Positions 7,971-16,151 of a stretch of 64,000 bases of DNA are shown here, in pieces. Numbering within the stretch: position 1 is the first letter of the stretch; every line of letters starts with the position of its first letter. Position numbers and translations under genes: made by a program. The stretch is from an uncultured Clostridia bacterium (GTDB taxonomy: Bacteria; Bacillota; Clostridia; Oscillospirales; CAG-272), in assembly GCA_904501765.1 (NCBI GenBank), contig CAJGCM010000001.1:7257-71256 (forward strand), written 5' to 3'. The notes under the pieces are model-generated. The model ran no database searches and was not told the origin of the DNA. It saw only the letters and a program-made list of their open reading frames with translations.

Positions 7971-9212
7971 CTACTTCCATCCAGACCACTTAGTCTCATT
8001 AAATATCTTTTTCTCTTTGATAGCCTTTGAGATAGCTAGGTCGATACCACTTCTGGTCTTTAGATGATAATAGTGGAGATCTACAAACTTAGTATTCAGT
8101 CGGTCGATCCGTCCAGATGCCTGTGTTAACACCTTATAGCTATAGTTCTGACTATAAAATATGATAGTGTCGGTCGTAATACAGCACCAGCCCTCACACC
8201 CTGCCGTGTACTGCACTAGATATACCCACTTGTCACCAGTCGGAATAGGTTGATGCGCATGTCCAGACCACTCAGCAATCTCAGTACCAGGGTCATATCC
8301 TAGATTTAACAACATCTCTCGTTCGTAATCGAAGTTGTAAAATATAATAGCTTTAGGATGATCCTCCAACAGCTCTAATAACTTCACCTGCCTACTCTCA
8401 TCAGAGTTCACTATTCTCCGTAATGTATAGCACAATCCAGACGCCTGCTGTATAGGTTCGTCCTTAAACGGGTCCCATCGATTACGAATAACATCCTTAT
8501 ACTTCGCGATATCGTAGTTACAAAACACGTCTTCATGGTGTTGGATGGTATGACGCTTGAAATCCATATCTATGAGAATGCGGTCTCGCAATCTTATAAG
8601 GCGACCAGTGTTATAGTATCCGGCTATTTTAGGAAAATTCCTGCAATATGGATCGTACTTAACGTGCTCTCGAATGAACTCAGTTCGATTCTTGTAGAAT
8701 CCATTGGCGATAAACAAAGGTACGTAGTCCATCCAGGTGTCACCTGCGGTTGCTGATAACATTACCCATTCGTTGCTCTTAACGATCTTCAGGAAGGATT
8801 TTACCCAAGCACCCGAGCCGACTACTCGCTGCTCATCAAATATAAAGAAAGCGTTGTTTACGTCTATGTATTTCTGAACGTTATTCCAACTATCAATTAC
8901 GATCTTATGGTTATAACGACTCAGCCCTGGTTTTGGATACATCTCGAATGGAATAAGTTCACCTTCCCATTCATGTTTATCCCGCTTCATAGCAGTAGTG
9001 ATAATGTATAGGTCTTTTGGATTTTCCATCGGGGTATAACCGTTTTCATCGATCCAACCGCCCTGTCGCTGAAAATAAAAGAAGAGGCCGGTCCGAGACT
9101 TACCCGAACCGACCTGACCATTGAATACACTACCAACAAACGCTTTCTTTACTGCTTCCATCTGGAAGTCGTATAGAAATGGTTTACCGTTACCGGGTTC
9201 TATTTTGCTCAT
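7971..9212 (-). CDS. Superfamily-2 (DEAD/SNF2-like) helicase
   Basis: Motif I GQVGSGKSRTG, motif II FIFDEQ, motif III LSATAG, motif VI QASGRIDRLN. Confidence 0.8.
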   Translation of the reverse strand: MSKIEPGNGKPFLYDFQMEAVKKAFVGSVFNGQVGSGKSRTGLFFYFQRQGGWIDENGYTPMENPKDLYIITTAMKRDKHEWEGELIPFEMYPKPGLSRYNHKIVIDSWNNVQKYIDVNNAFFIFDEQRVVGSGAWVKSFLKIVKSNEWVMLSATAGDTWMDYVPLFIANGFYKNRTEFIREHVKYDPYCRNFPKIAGYYNTGRLIRLRDRILIDMDFKRHTIQHHEDVFCNYDIAKYKDVIRNRWDPFKDEPIQQASGLCYTLRRIVNSDESRQVKLLELLEDHPKAIIFYNFDYEREMLLNLGYDPGTEIAEWSGHAHQPIPTGDKWVYLVQYTAGCEGWCCITTDTIIFYSQNYSYKVLTQASGRIDRLNTKFVDLHYYHLKTRSGIDLAISKAIKEKKIFNETKWSGWK

Positions 9213-9380
9213 TCATCGCTTCGTCTCCTTCTTTTCATATTTAACGGGCCTGTGAGTGTTCAAGTTAATAGACTCGGTAAGACACTCGCTACAAGGCGCT
9301 TCCGTATCGCCCAAGTCTTTGTGCTTGCACATCCCACAGTACTCATGGAAATATACTTCCTTGTACGCTTGATGATCCAT
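9213..9380 (-). CDS. Small zinc-ribbon-like protein (55 aa)
   Basis: Own translation: MDHQAYKEVYFHEYCGMCKHKDLGDTEAPCSECLTESINLNTHRPVKYEKKETKR. GGAGG 6 nt upstream. The stop abuts the helicase ATG. Confidence 0.5.
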   Translation of the reverse strand: MDHQAYKEVYFHEYCGMCKHKDLGDTEAPCSECLTESINLNTHRPVKYEKKETKR

Positions 9381-9394
9381 GCGCTGACCTCCGT

Positions 9395-9940
9395 TTAACC
9401 GATACGCAGCACTGTCTCTCTAGGAGCAGGCTGAGTTACTGCGTCGGCGAAGGTCTTGCCGATACGAGATACGCTGGACAGATATCCCTTGTACTCCTCG
9501 GTGATGCCGTCAAGCTCGACTTCAAACTTCTCAAGAGCACGAGTCTTAGCCTCACGCTCTACGTCAGCACGAACTCTCTTAGCGTCGATCTTAGCGGCCT
9601 CCTCAGTAAGCTCCTTGAGAACTACCGCCTTGATATCGGAATACTCCGCTTCAACAGCGTCGCTCACCTGCTTATGAATATCGCGCTTGATATCGCCGAC
9701 GATACGATCGGTTGTCTTACTAGCCGCCTGCTTAACCTCAAAAGCAACGGACTTCTCAACAGCACGTTCGATCATGCTATCGGGAATATCAACGGGTGTT
9801 CTGCTGGCCAACTCATCGATAGAGCGGTTGAGATTCTCACTGATTTTAGCCATCTTAGAGTGCGTTGCGATAGCGTAGCCGATTCCGATCAGACCGATAG
9901 CAGCACCTGCTACACCTACGATTCCGTCAAACTTGTTCAT
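9395..9940 (-). CDS. Membrane-anchored hypothetical protein
   Basis: N-terminal TM GIVGVAGAAIGLIGIGYAIA, then a charged helical region. No catalytic motif. Confidence 0.6.
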   Translation of the reverse strand: MNKFDGIVGVAGAAIGLIGIGYAIATHSKMAKISENLNRSIDELASRTPVDIPDSMIERAVEKSVAFEVKQAASKTTDRIVGDIKRDIHKQVSDAVEAEYSDIKAVVLKELTEEAAKIDAKRVRADVEREAKTRALEKFEVELDGITEEYKGYLSSVSRIGKTFADAVTQPAPRETVLRIG

Positions 9941-9985
9941 GTTAGTTGTCTCCTTTCGAAATTGAAGTTTATCAGACTGAGGGGT

Positions 9986-10270
9986 TTACTTCAGTACCGT
10001 ATACTCGAGTGAGTCACTACCATATGCCATATCAAGTACATGAGGAATGGCGTCTTCGGTACAGGTGAACTTCTCCTGGAACGGCTCGGTTAACAAGACC
10101 ATACCTCCGTCTACCTCACGAAGGTCGACCTCCATGCCGTACTGCTCGTAGTAAATATAATCTACGTAGCCCTCGTCCATATCCTCCTGTAGCAGATTAT
10201 CTCCACTACCCTCGGAAATCTTTACGATCTGTCCAGCCTCTGGTACGAAAATAAAGATGCTGTCGAACAT
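9986..10270 (-). CDS. Hypothetical acidic protein (94 aa)
   Basis: ORF 9986..10429 trimmed to ATG 10270 (MFDSIFIFVPEAG...) preceded by AAAGGAGAGGA. Confidence 0.55.
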   Translation of the reverse strand: MFDSIFIFVPEAGQIVKISEGSGDNLLQEDMDEGYVDYIYYEQYGMEVDLREVDGGMVLLTEPFQEKFTCTEDAIPHVLDMAYGSDSLEYTVLK

Positions 10271-10325
10271 AATGAATCCTCTCCTTTTTTGAAATGTTTT
10301 ATGAAAATCTCCCACCGGGAATTTT

Positions 10326-10538
10326 TCAGTTTTGAATATCGAGTAACTCCACCATATACTCCCGCAATTCGTTTTTAGTCTTAACCAGATCTCGTTTAAC
10401 GACGCTAAGCTTAGCTTCCAAAATATCAACTAATTCAGGATCGTCGTCTCTGAGTAAGTAACGAATGAGCGCCTCCTGCTTATGGGTTAGTGTTCTCTCA
10501 TCTTCTAAAATGTCTATTAGTGGTCTCATGGGTATCAT
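10326..10538 (-). CDS. Hypothetical protein (70 aa)
   Basis: In-train ORF. The start may be the ATG at 10529 (MRPLIDIL...). Confidence 0.45.
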   Translation of the reverse strand: MIPMRPLIDILEDERTLTHKQEALIRYLLRDDDPELVDILEAKLSVVKRDLVKTKNELREYMVELLDIQN

Positions 10539-10541
10539 CCT

Positions 10542-10751
10542 TTATACGTATAACCGCCCGTTATACGGTAGTTTGTTTTTAATCATTTCGTCCCAACATG
10601 AAGTGTGAATATACTGCTTGAGCCCTCGTTTGGTGACTACCAATTCACAGTTATTTTGATGCGGATTTTGTTTCAGAATACTATCAGGCACTTGCTCAAC
10701 ATATTTTCCACATAGCGGGCATCTAGTATTTACTATCATTCGTCGACCCAT
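10542..10751 (-). CDS. Small Cys-containing hypothetical protein
   Basis: CPLCGKY ... C ... HTSC pattern. Start uncertain (10751 or 10739). Overlaps the upstream gene. Confidence 0.45.
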   Translation of the reverse strand: MGRRMIVNTRCPLCGKYVEQVPDSILKQNPHQNNCELVVTKRGLKQYIHTSCWDEMIKNKLPYNGRLYV

Positions 10752-10941
10752 TGGGAATCAGCTCCTTTGCGCTCATGTAAATATACATCAGATGACTTCT
10801 ACCATGATGCTTAGAAAATACAATACGAATATTGTCATCCTTACGCATCTCATCAAGCAATCGCAAATGATCTTTCTGCCAGTCTTTGAGTTCAACACCA
10901 TAAAACTTTTCTGCGAACGTAACGACGTCCATAGAGATCAT
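10723..10941 (-). CDS. Hypothetical protein (72 aa)
   Basis: In-train ORF directly after the RadC-like gene. Confidence 0.45.
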   Translation of the reverse strand: MISMDVVTFAEKFYGVELKDWQKDHLRLLDEMRKDDNIRIVFSKHHGRSHLMYIYMSAKELIPNGSTNDSKY

Positions 10942-10942
10942 C

Positions 10943-11422
10943 TCACAAATATCCTTTCTCTTTTAAACTGCTATATGAATCACCAACAATGATATGGTCT
11001 AACACTTCAACTCCAAGAATCTTACCAGCTTCGGACAATCGCTTAGTGACTTCAACGTCCTCACGACTAGGTTTCGGGTCGCCGCTTGGATGATTATGCA
11101 TGAAAATGACGCTTACTGCGTTTGCCAATAGAGCTTTCTGGAACGCTTCTCGTGGACTTACTAGAGACGCATTTACAGTCCCATGCGAGAGTTCGAACAC
11201 CCCGATGACTTTGTTTTTCGTATTCATACAAATCATGTACATATATTCCTCGGGTTCTTCATGAATATGCATGAAGTCTTTGCCGATAGTAACCGCATCG
11301 TCCGGGCTCTTGATCGCATAGGATAAGTCTGGGTAATTCGTGCTTACCTCTTTTTCGAGTACCACCCGTTTGTTCTCTGTAAGTTTAGTTTTGTATTTAA
11401 TCATTCTGACCATTGTTGCCAC
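10943..11422 (-). CDS. radC: RadC-like JAB/MPN domain protein
   Basis: JAMM-type motif FMHNHPSGDPKPSREDVEVTKRL, then GVEVLDHIIVG. Confidence 0.85.
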   Translation of the reverse strand: MATMVRMIKYKTKLTENKRVVLEKEVSTNYPDLSYAIKSPDDAVTIGKDFMHIHEEPEEYMYMICMNTKNKVIGVFELSHGTVNASLVSPREAFQKALLANAVSVIFMHNHPSGDPKPSREDVEVTKRLSEAGKILGVEVLDHIIVGDSYSSLKEKGYL

Positions 11423-11460
11423 TCTCCTCGGTTATGTTTTCCAGTGGCTTAGTGACAGAG

Positions 11461-11489
11461 AAATATAAAGGCCCACCCGAAGGTGAGCC
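11461..11489 (-). terminator. Intrinsic terminator
   Basis: Minus strand: GGCTCACC-ttcg-GGTGGGCC followed by TTTATATTT. Confidence 0.6.
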
Positions 11490-11554
11490 CAAACTACTCA
11501 TAATTAGGTAACGGCACTATCTTAATGTCGTCAGGAAGCACTACACATCACCTC

Positions 11555-12124
11555 CTATTTACCGCACAGAACATACAGCGGTCTGCCGTGTACTGTGCCG
11601 CACATTTCTACTAGATTGCGAGAGATTAACGCATTGAGACCGAACACACCAACCAATTGTTTAATATAATCGCCATATATAGCGTCCATATCGGTTGTCT
11701 CTAATTTTACGACTGAATAGATGCGATCGATGTATGATTCGGTGTAATATAGGTCGTCTGGTTTATCGCTAACATCAACCAGTTTCACATCGGTCAATAC
11801 ATACGCCCAACCGTGATCTAATTTAGTGGCGGCCCAAATATACATATCGAGCTTTTTGTTATATAATACTAACTCGTCCGTATACTTCTTTAGAAGCTCA
11901 TGGCCAAACGCCGTGATAATATAATCCTGTTGAACCGCTTCGTGAAATGTTCCGGATACGATCTCCCAGTCCGTCATAGTAGCCTCACGAATATAGTTGT
12001 TAGGAACGAGATCCTCTAGCATATTCGCCAGAGTTCTATAGTCCAAGTACCCCTTCTCTTTTCCGTAAGCAGATACGTCGAAGCCGAATACTTTACCATC
12101 GTACATATTAATCGTTCTGGTCAT
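11555..12124 (-). CDS. Hypothetical protein (189 aa)
   Basis: In-train ORF. No motif recognised. Confidence 0.55.
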   Translation of the reverse strand: MTRTINMYDGKVFGFDVSAYGKEKGYLDYRTLANMLEDLVPNNYIREATMTDWEIVSGTFHEAVQQDYIITAFGHELLKKYTDELVLYNKKLDMYIWAATKLDHGWAYVLTDVKLVDVSDKPDDLYYTESYIDRIYSVVKLETTDMDAIYGDYIKQLVGVFGLNALISRNLVEMCGTVHGRPLYVLCGK

Positions 12125-12423
12125 CCCTCATCATCCTCTCGATTTTTACGGAAATACATGATATAGTTGGGTCTAGTATCGAATCGTACTCCCATTTTGA
12201 GAGCGTAATAGACAATATCGCCCCAAGTGAGCCATTCCGGTCTATCATCCTCGTCGAATGTCTTCCAAATAGCAACCATATTATCGATTTGATCCTTCTC
12301 ATTTTGAGCCCAAAGGGCGTTTGGGTTTTGCCCTCCGTTACCGAAGTAATAATCGCAATCCATTTTCAAACGACTGAGCATCATGTAACGGAATGTTTTA
12401 TCGTGCTTGTTCCAGTCTTCCAT
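12121..12423 (-). CDS. Hypothetical protein resembling a stand-alone polyvalent-protein-associated (LPD-type) module
   Basis: YMMLSRLKMDCDYYFGNGGQNPNALWA resembles, from memory, a motif seen inside large polyvalent proteins of conjugative elements and phages. Unverified. Confidence 0.4.
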   Translation of the reverse strand: MEDWNKHDKTFRYMMLSRLKMDCDYYFGNGGQNPNALWAQNEKDQIDNMVAIWKTFDEDDRPEWLTWGDIVYYALKMGVRFDTRPNYIMYFRKNREDDEG

Positions 12424-12424
12424 A

Positions 12425-12862
12425 TTAGATCATCCCCCATTCCTCAGCGTTTTTCATGTGCTGTCTCCTGGCTCGATCATAGGCATGGTGAAGGCCCCAT
12501 TTGCGGAGCATCTCCCAGTCTAGATTGAAACAATCTAATACGTCCTCATCGGCTGTCCAGTTAATGGCGTACTCATGGTTGTCCATTTCATAGAGGAACG
12601 CCGCCTCAGCAAACTCCTCGTCTTCTTTTAGCTTTTCTCGAAGCTCTTTCGTATGACGCTCTAGGAGCTTGATTAGCGCCTTAGCGTTCTCTCGCTTGAC
12701 AATATCGCCATGTCCAAACACAGAGACACACTCATTCTTAGTGGCACCTAGTTTCTCTAGAGCCTCTTCTAGCTGCTTATCATTAAAAGCATAAGCGATT
12801 GGAAAATCCTCGAACTCCTTCTGTTGTCTTTTCTTAAAATCCAAATACTCTTGCCTTTTCAT
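12425..12862 (-). CDS. Hypothetical protein (145 aa)
   Basis: In-train ORF. The FPIAYAFNDKQLEEALEKLG-type N-terminus is common next to such modules (from memory, unverified). Confidence 0.5.
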   Translation of the reverse strand: MKRQEYLDFKKRQQKEFEDFPIAYAFNDKQLEEALEKLGATKNECVSVFGHGDIVKRENAKALIKLLERHTKELREKLKEDEEFAEAAFLYEMDNHEYAINWTADEDVLDCFNLDWEMLRKWGLHHAYDRARRQHMKNAEEWGMI

Positions 12863-12890
12863 GATATATCCTCTCCTTGAGGGTTTTATT

Positions 12891-12968
12891 TGGTGCCGCC
12901 CATGGGATTCGAACCCATACCTGTACGGGACTTAAATCCGTTGCCTCTTCCAGTTGGGCTACGGCGGC
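12891..12968 (-). tRNA. tRNA-like gene, probable anticodon UAA (Leu codon family) but with type-I architecture and two stem mismatches
   Basis: Minus strand: GCCGCCG-TA-...GG...-ACGGA-TTTAAGT-CCCGT-...-ATGGG-TTCGAAT-CCCAT-GGGCGGC-A-CCA. U8, A14, G18G19 and the T-loop are all in place and CCA is encoded. G7/G66 and A31/C39 are mispaired. There is no long variable arm. Confidence 0.6.
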
Positions 12969-12970
12969 AT

Positions 12971-13001
12971 AAACAAAAGAGTCCCTTCGAAATTAGGACT
13001 C
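12971..13001 (-). terminator. Intrinsic terminator of the 63-aa cassette
   Basis: Minus strand: GAGTCC-taatttcgaag-GGACTC-TTTTGTTT. It ends 3 nt before the 5' end of the tRNA-like gene. Confidence 0.55.
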
Positions 13002-13184
13002 TCCTAGTTGGACGAGCTTGTTTACCAGCTCAAATTCTTTATTTACATGTTTTGCTACTCTATCATTCCAATAGCTATTCTTCTCTGGTCCGTAGCAATC
13101 TACTTTCCCATAGCAATGATTAGCCATATTGTAATGGTAGTGATACATAGCAATTAACACATGCTTCTTAATATTTTTAAGCAT
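12993..13184 (-). CDS. Small hypothetical protein (63 aa) between the two tRNAs
   Basis: ATG 13184 preceded by GGAAGGGAG and by promoter-motif copy 13196-13226. Confidence 0.5.
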   Translation of the reverse strand: MLKNIKKHVLIAMYHYHYNMANHCYGKVDCYGPEKNSYWNDRVAKHVNKEFELVNKLVQLGES

Positions 13185-13195
13185 GATATCTCACT

Positions 13196-13226
13196 CCCTT
13201 CCATAATAGGACGTGTTTGAGTCGCG
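13196..13226 (-). promoter_or_regulatory. Conserved promoter-like motif
   Basis: Minus strand: CGCGACTCAAACACGTCCTATTATGGAAGGG. Confidence 0.6.
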
Positions 13227-13228
13227 TA

Positions 13229-13313
13229 TGGTCCCGCCGATGGGATTCGAACCCATAAGCTTTACAGCATCGGAACCTAAATCCGACATGTTTTCCGATT
13301 TCATCACGGCGGG
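13229..13313 (-). tRNA. tRNA-Leu (anticodon UAG), type II with long variable arm
   Basis: Minus strand: CCCGCCG-TG-...GG...-TCGGA-TTTAGGT-TCCGA-TGCTGTAAAGCTT-ATGGG-TTCGAAT-CCCAT-CGGCGGG-A-CCA. Perfect acceptor, anticodon and T stems. Anticodon at 13277-13279. Confidence 0.85.
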
Positions 13314-13353
13314 AAATATAAAAGGGAGACCCAGCGGTTAAGCCAGGCCTCCC
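13314..13353 (-). terminator. Intrinsic terminator after the SSB-like gene, abutting tRNA-Leu
   Basis: Minus strand: GGGAGGCC-(13-nt loop)-GGGTCTCCC followed by TTTTATATTT, then the tRNA 5' end. Confidence 0.5.
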
Positions 13354-13366
13354 TACAGTTACTCAA

Positions 13367-13885
13367 TCAAAAATCCAATTCATCATCGCTAGAAGCCGCA
13401 AAGCGATCCAGACGCTGATATACCTTCATAGCGCTCAGATAAGCAGTACGGAAAGTGTTACCGTTAGGTAGCTTATCATCATAAGGACGGATGTCCAGGT
13501 CGACGGACAGAATATCCATCTCATCCAGACAAGCAATAGTGTCCTCAGTCAGCTGCAGAGGCTCTCTCTTAGGACCCCGATCCAGATACACATTAGGACC
13601 ACGACCGTTGAACTTCACCTTAACAGGCATGTGCATGAAAGGAGTATCGCCTTCCTCACGAGGGGGCTTGATCTTCACGTTCCAGCCATCACCAAACTTG
13701 TTGGTGTCGTTACGCAGTGCATCGCAGTCCTCCTGAGTAGGAATCACCAGGGAGAAGTTGCGATCGCCTTCACGGTTGAACCGGTCGCCACGACCAGAGA
13801 AGTTCTTCCAGATGATACGAGCGTCGTTGATTTCCAGATAGCCGTTGGGGAATGCGCGGTTTGCTTCCATAAACTTGATTTCCAT
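13367..13885 (-). CDS. Putative single-stranded DNA-binding protein (gp2.5-like class) with acidic C-terminal tip
   Basis: 172 aa next to the polymerase. The C-terminus ...SSDDELDF resembles the acidic D-D-D-x-x-F tail of SSBs. Fold not verified. Confidence 0.45.
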   Translation of the reverse strand: MEIKFMEANRAFPNGYLEINDARIIWKNFSGRGDRFNREGDRNFSLVIPTQEDCDALRNDTNKFGDGWNVKIKPPREEGDTPFMHMPVKVKFNGRGPNVYLDRGPKREPLQLTEDTIACLDEMDILSVDLDIRPYDDKLPNGNTFRTAYLSAMKVYQRLDRFAASSDDELDF

Positions 13886-13928
13886 AATGATTTAATCTCC
13901 TTTTAAAATATATTTTTTATGATAGTTG

Positions 13929-15287
13929 TTAACGTTTGTTGAAGTAGTCGTCATAGCCTTCGGGCCAATCCCAAGGAACGTCATCGTCCAACGGGAAGTC
14001 CGGAATAACAGTCTCTTCAACTATGTATGGTTCATCCGCCACAAATCGTTCGAAGTCTCCGAAGTCGGAAATGCCAGGTTTGCGGTTCTTGCCTTTGCCG
14101 GAGCCGTAGATTACCGCGTCGATTAGGGTATTGAAGTAGGATCGATCGATTATGTCTTCTTTTCCGAGAGTTCTGACAAACTCGGACTCTAACCATCGAT
14201 AGTCACTAGCACCGGTAACTGAGTTGTACTTGACGTTACCTTGCGGGTCTTTAGCGTCTCTGACGAGTTCGCCTCCGCCATAACCAGGTTTAATCGGACA
14301 GAAATTACCGATACGTCCGACGAATTGGCGATCATGCCCTTTCTCGATCAGATCGATGAGTTCCGCCTGTCTCTCAGGATTCGCGTCATTCTTGCGAAGC
14401 TTTTTCAACTCGTCCTCATATGTCGCGACGTCAGGAAGATTCTCGTTCATGTCTAAATAGATTGCCGAACCCTTAACCTCATTTGTCACACACATATCGT
14501 CGAACTCGATCGGCTCTCTACTAAAGAGCTTCTTAAACACGTATGGAACGGCAAACTGGGCACCCGTAGCGGTCCATTGTCCGCCTTTCTTTTTATTGTC
14601 GCCAGGCGCGTAACCGTACATTCTTTCACAAGCTTCCGCAGTAGCGTATTTGGCAATGTAGACAGCGTCGTTTACAATACAAATACGATCGTACGTAGCC
14701 TCATGCTCAAATGTGTAAGAATATTTCTTACCGAACTCCATAACAAACTGAATGATATCGGGGGTAGCGTTCGCTATCTTTATACTATCAGTCTTGATAT
14801 GCAACACCGTGAAACCGCGAGCCTGAACCTCGTCTTGAAGGGTCTTCATAAACAACGCTCCCCGACAGGCAATCACATTATTCTTGTTTCGAATGTCGCG
14901 CATCGGGTTCTCGAAGTTGGCAGCGGTCAGACCGTAGCATGAATTCAAGGCTGTTTTGGTGGCGTTTGCCAGATCTTTTGCTCTAGATTCATCCGTTAGA
15001 TATGGGGCTAACCTGCCGCCCATCATTTTTCTCGCAGTGTCATAGTCGCCATGCTTGATAGCAACTCGAGCCTCTAGCAATTCTTTGAAATGTTGAGTGT
15101 ACTCTCCAAAATAATTCAATGCAATTATGCTAGACGGATGCATGCTGGCAACGTCAAGTAACGCCACATTTGTGTAAATTCCAGGTTCTGCGTAGACATA
15201 TCCACCTCTGCCGACATCAACCCCGCGGTATATATTCTTACCGTTTACACATTCGTATCCGGGAAATGCGTTAAGTATCTTAGTCAT
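13929..15287 (-). CDS. Family-B DNA polymerase, polymerase (palm/fingers/thumb) half
   Basis: Motif A LDVASMHPSSII (DxxSLYPS), motif B KTALNSCYG (KxxxNSxYG), motif C LHIKTDSI (DTDS-like). Trimmed to ATG 15287 (GGGAGA upstream). No exonuclease motifs in this ORF. Confidence 0.85.
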   Translation of the reverse strand: MTKILNAFPGYECVNGKNIYRGVDVGRGGYVYAEPGIYTNVALLDVASMHPSSIIALNYFGEYTQHFKELLEARVAIKHGDYDTARKMMGGRLAPYLTDESRAKDLANATKTALNSCYGLTAANFENPMRDIRNKNNVIACRGALFMKTLQDEVQARGFTVLHIKTDSIKIANATPDIIQFVMEFGKKYSYTFEHEATYDRICIVNDAVYIAKYATAEACERMYGYAPGDNKKKGGQWTATGAQFAVPYVFKKLFSREPIEFDDMCVTNEVKGSAIYLDMNENLPDVATYEDELKKLRKNDANPERQAELIDLIEKGHDRQFVGRIGNFCPIKPGYGGGELVRDAKDPQGNVKYNSVTGASDYRWLESEFVRTLGKEDIIDRSYFNTLIDAVIYGSGKGKNRKPGISDFGDFERFVADEPYIVEETVIPDFPLDDDVPWDWPEGYDDYFNKR

Positions 15288-16134
15288 ACAAATCATCTCC
15301 CATATCTACATATTCAAACACCCATCCTCGCATATAACGAGATTTTCCGTTTAACACTAGTGATACTCCGGCTTCGCTAATTCCGAGTTCGTATGCCGCT
15401 TGACGCGCACTATCGTACGTGCGGACCTCCCCACTCGACATATGTGTCGCGCGAACCGGTCTTTTTAGTCGTCTATACGAATGGCGTTCATGATCAAACG
15501 ATTCGTCAAAGCCGTCCTCTAATGCAAAGTAATATCCGTTACAGCTGCGAGTTCGACCACGAATGACCGAGCTTATCGAAGACTGAGAGATTCCGAGTCG
15601 ACGAGCGGCTTCTTGTTGACTTTCAAAGAATAATCTTGTACCACTTCCAAGATGAATAGCTACCACGGGTGTTCTTCGAACTTCATTGGCTCGCTCGATA
15701 TCTTCTCTCGTAAAATATCTAAAATGGCCATTGCGGATAGAATCTTGCACATTGTCGTATTGATCACCCCACGCAAGATTCCAAACCTCATTGTTTGACG
15801 GATCATCGTCTAAGTGACGCACTTCCGGATATCCGTCCGGATTCGGAATAAACGCTTCGGCCACTAGTCGATGTAAATATCTATGAATTCTACGACCGTT
15901 GCAGCGAAGCGACACATCAACATGACCACTTCTCAATGGTGTTCCCCATATGAACGATGATGAACACTCAGACCACAGTCGAGCTTTTGTGCTAATCCAA
16001 TATCCAGGGATATCATAAATCGGCTTCCATCGTTCGTCCATATAATAATCGTCTACATATCTGTAGTCGCCATACACGTATTCTCCAGGAAACCCGTCGA
16101 TATCCCAATTGTGACATTCATACTCTCTACGCAT
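15280..16134 (-). CDS. Free-standing HNH homing endonuclease (NUMOD4 / HNH_3 / NUMOD1-like HTH architecture) inserted in the polymerase gene
   Basis: WKPIYDIPGYWISTKARLWS (NUMOD4-like). HRYLHRLVAEAFIPNP ... VRHLDDDPSNNEVWNLAWGDQYDN (HNH). Two RRLGISQSSIS / YELGISEAGVS HTH repeats. Has its own SD GGAAGGAGGGG. Confidence 0.85.
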   Translation of the reverse strand: MRREYECHNWDIDGFPGEYVYGDYRYVDDYYMDERWKPIYDIPGYWISTKARLWSECSSSFIWGTPLRSGHVDVSLRCNGRRIHRYLHRLVAEAFIPNPDGYPEVRHLDDDPSNNEVWNLAWGDQYDNVQDSIRNGHFRYFTREDIERANEVRRTPVVAIHLGSGTRLFFESQQEAARRLGISQSSISSVIRGRTRSCNGYYFALEDGFDESFDHERHSYRRLKRPVRATHMSSGEVRTYDSARQAAYELGISEAGVSLVLNGKSRYMRGWVFEYVDMGDDLYD

Positions 16135-16151
16135 AGGTATCCCCTCCTTCC

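Noticed and set aside
12891-12968. Interpretation of the aberrant tRNA as a stop-codon suppressor (anticodon UUA) indicating genetic-code reassignment.
   Set aside because: With a standard 7-nt loop the anticodon is UAA (Leu codons), not UUA. All long genes in the window are open in the standard code and use TAA, TAG and TGA as stops.
15280-16134. Possibility that the insert in the polymerase gene is an intein.
   Set aside because: The HNH ORF has its own SD, start and stop codons. It is in a different frame context, overlapping the downstream half by 8 nt. The upstream half ends in a stop codon. A group I intron cannot be excluded by eye and is left as a test in the finding.
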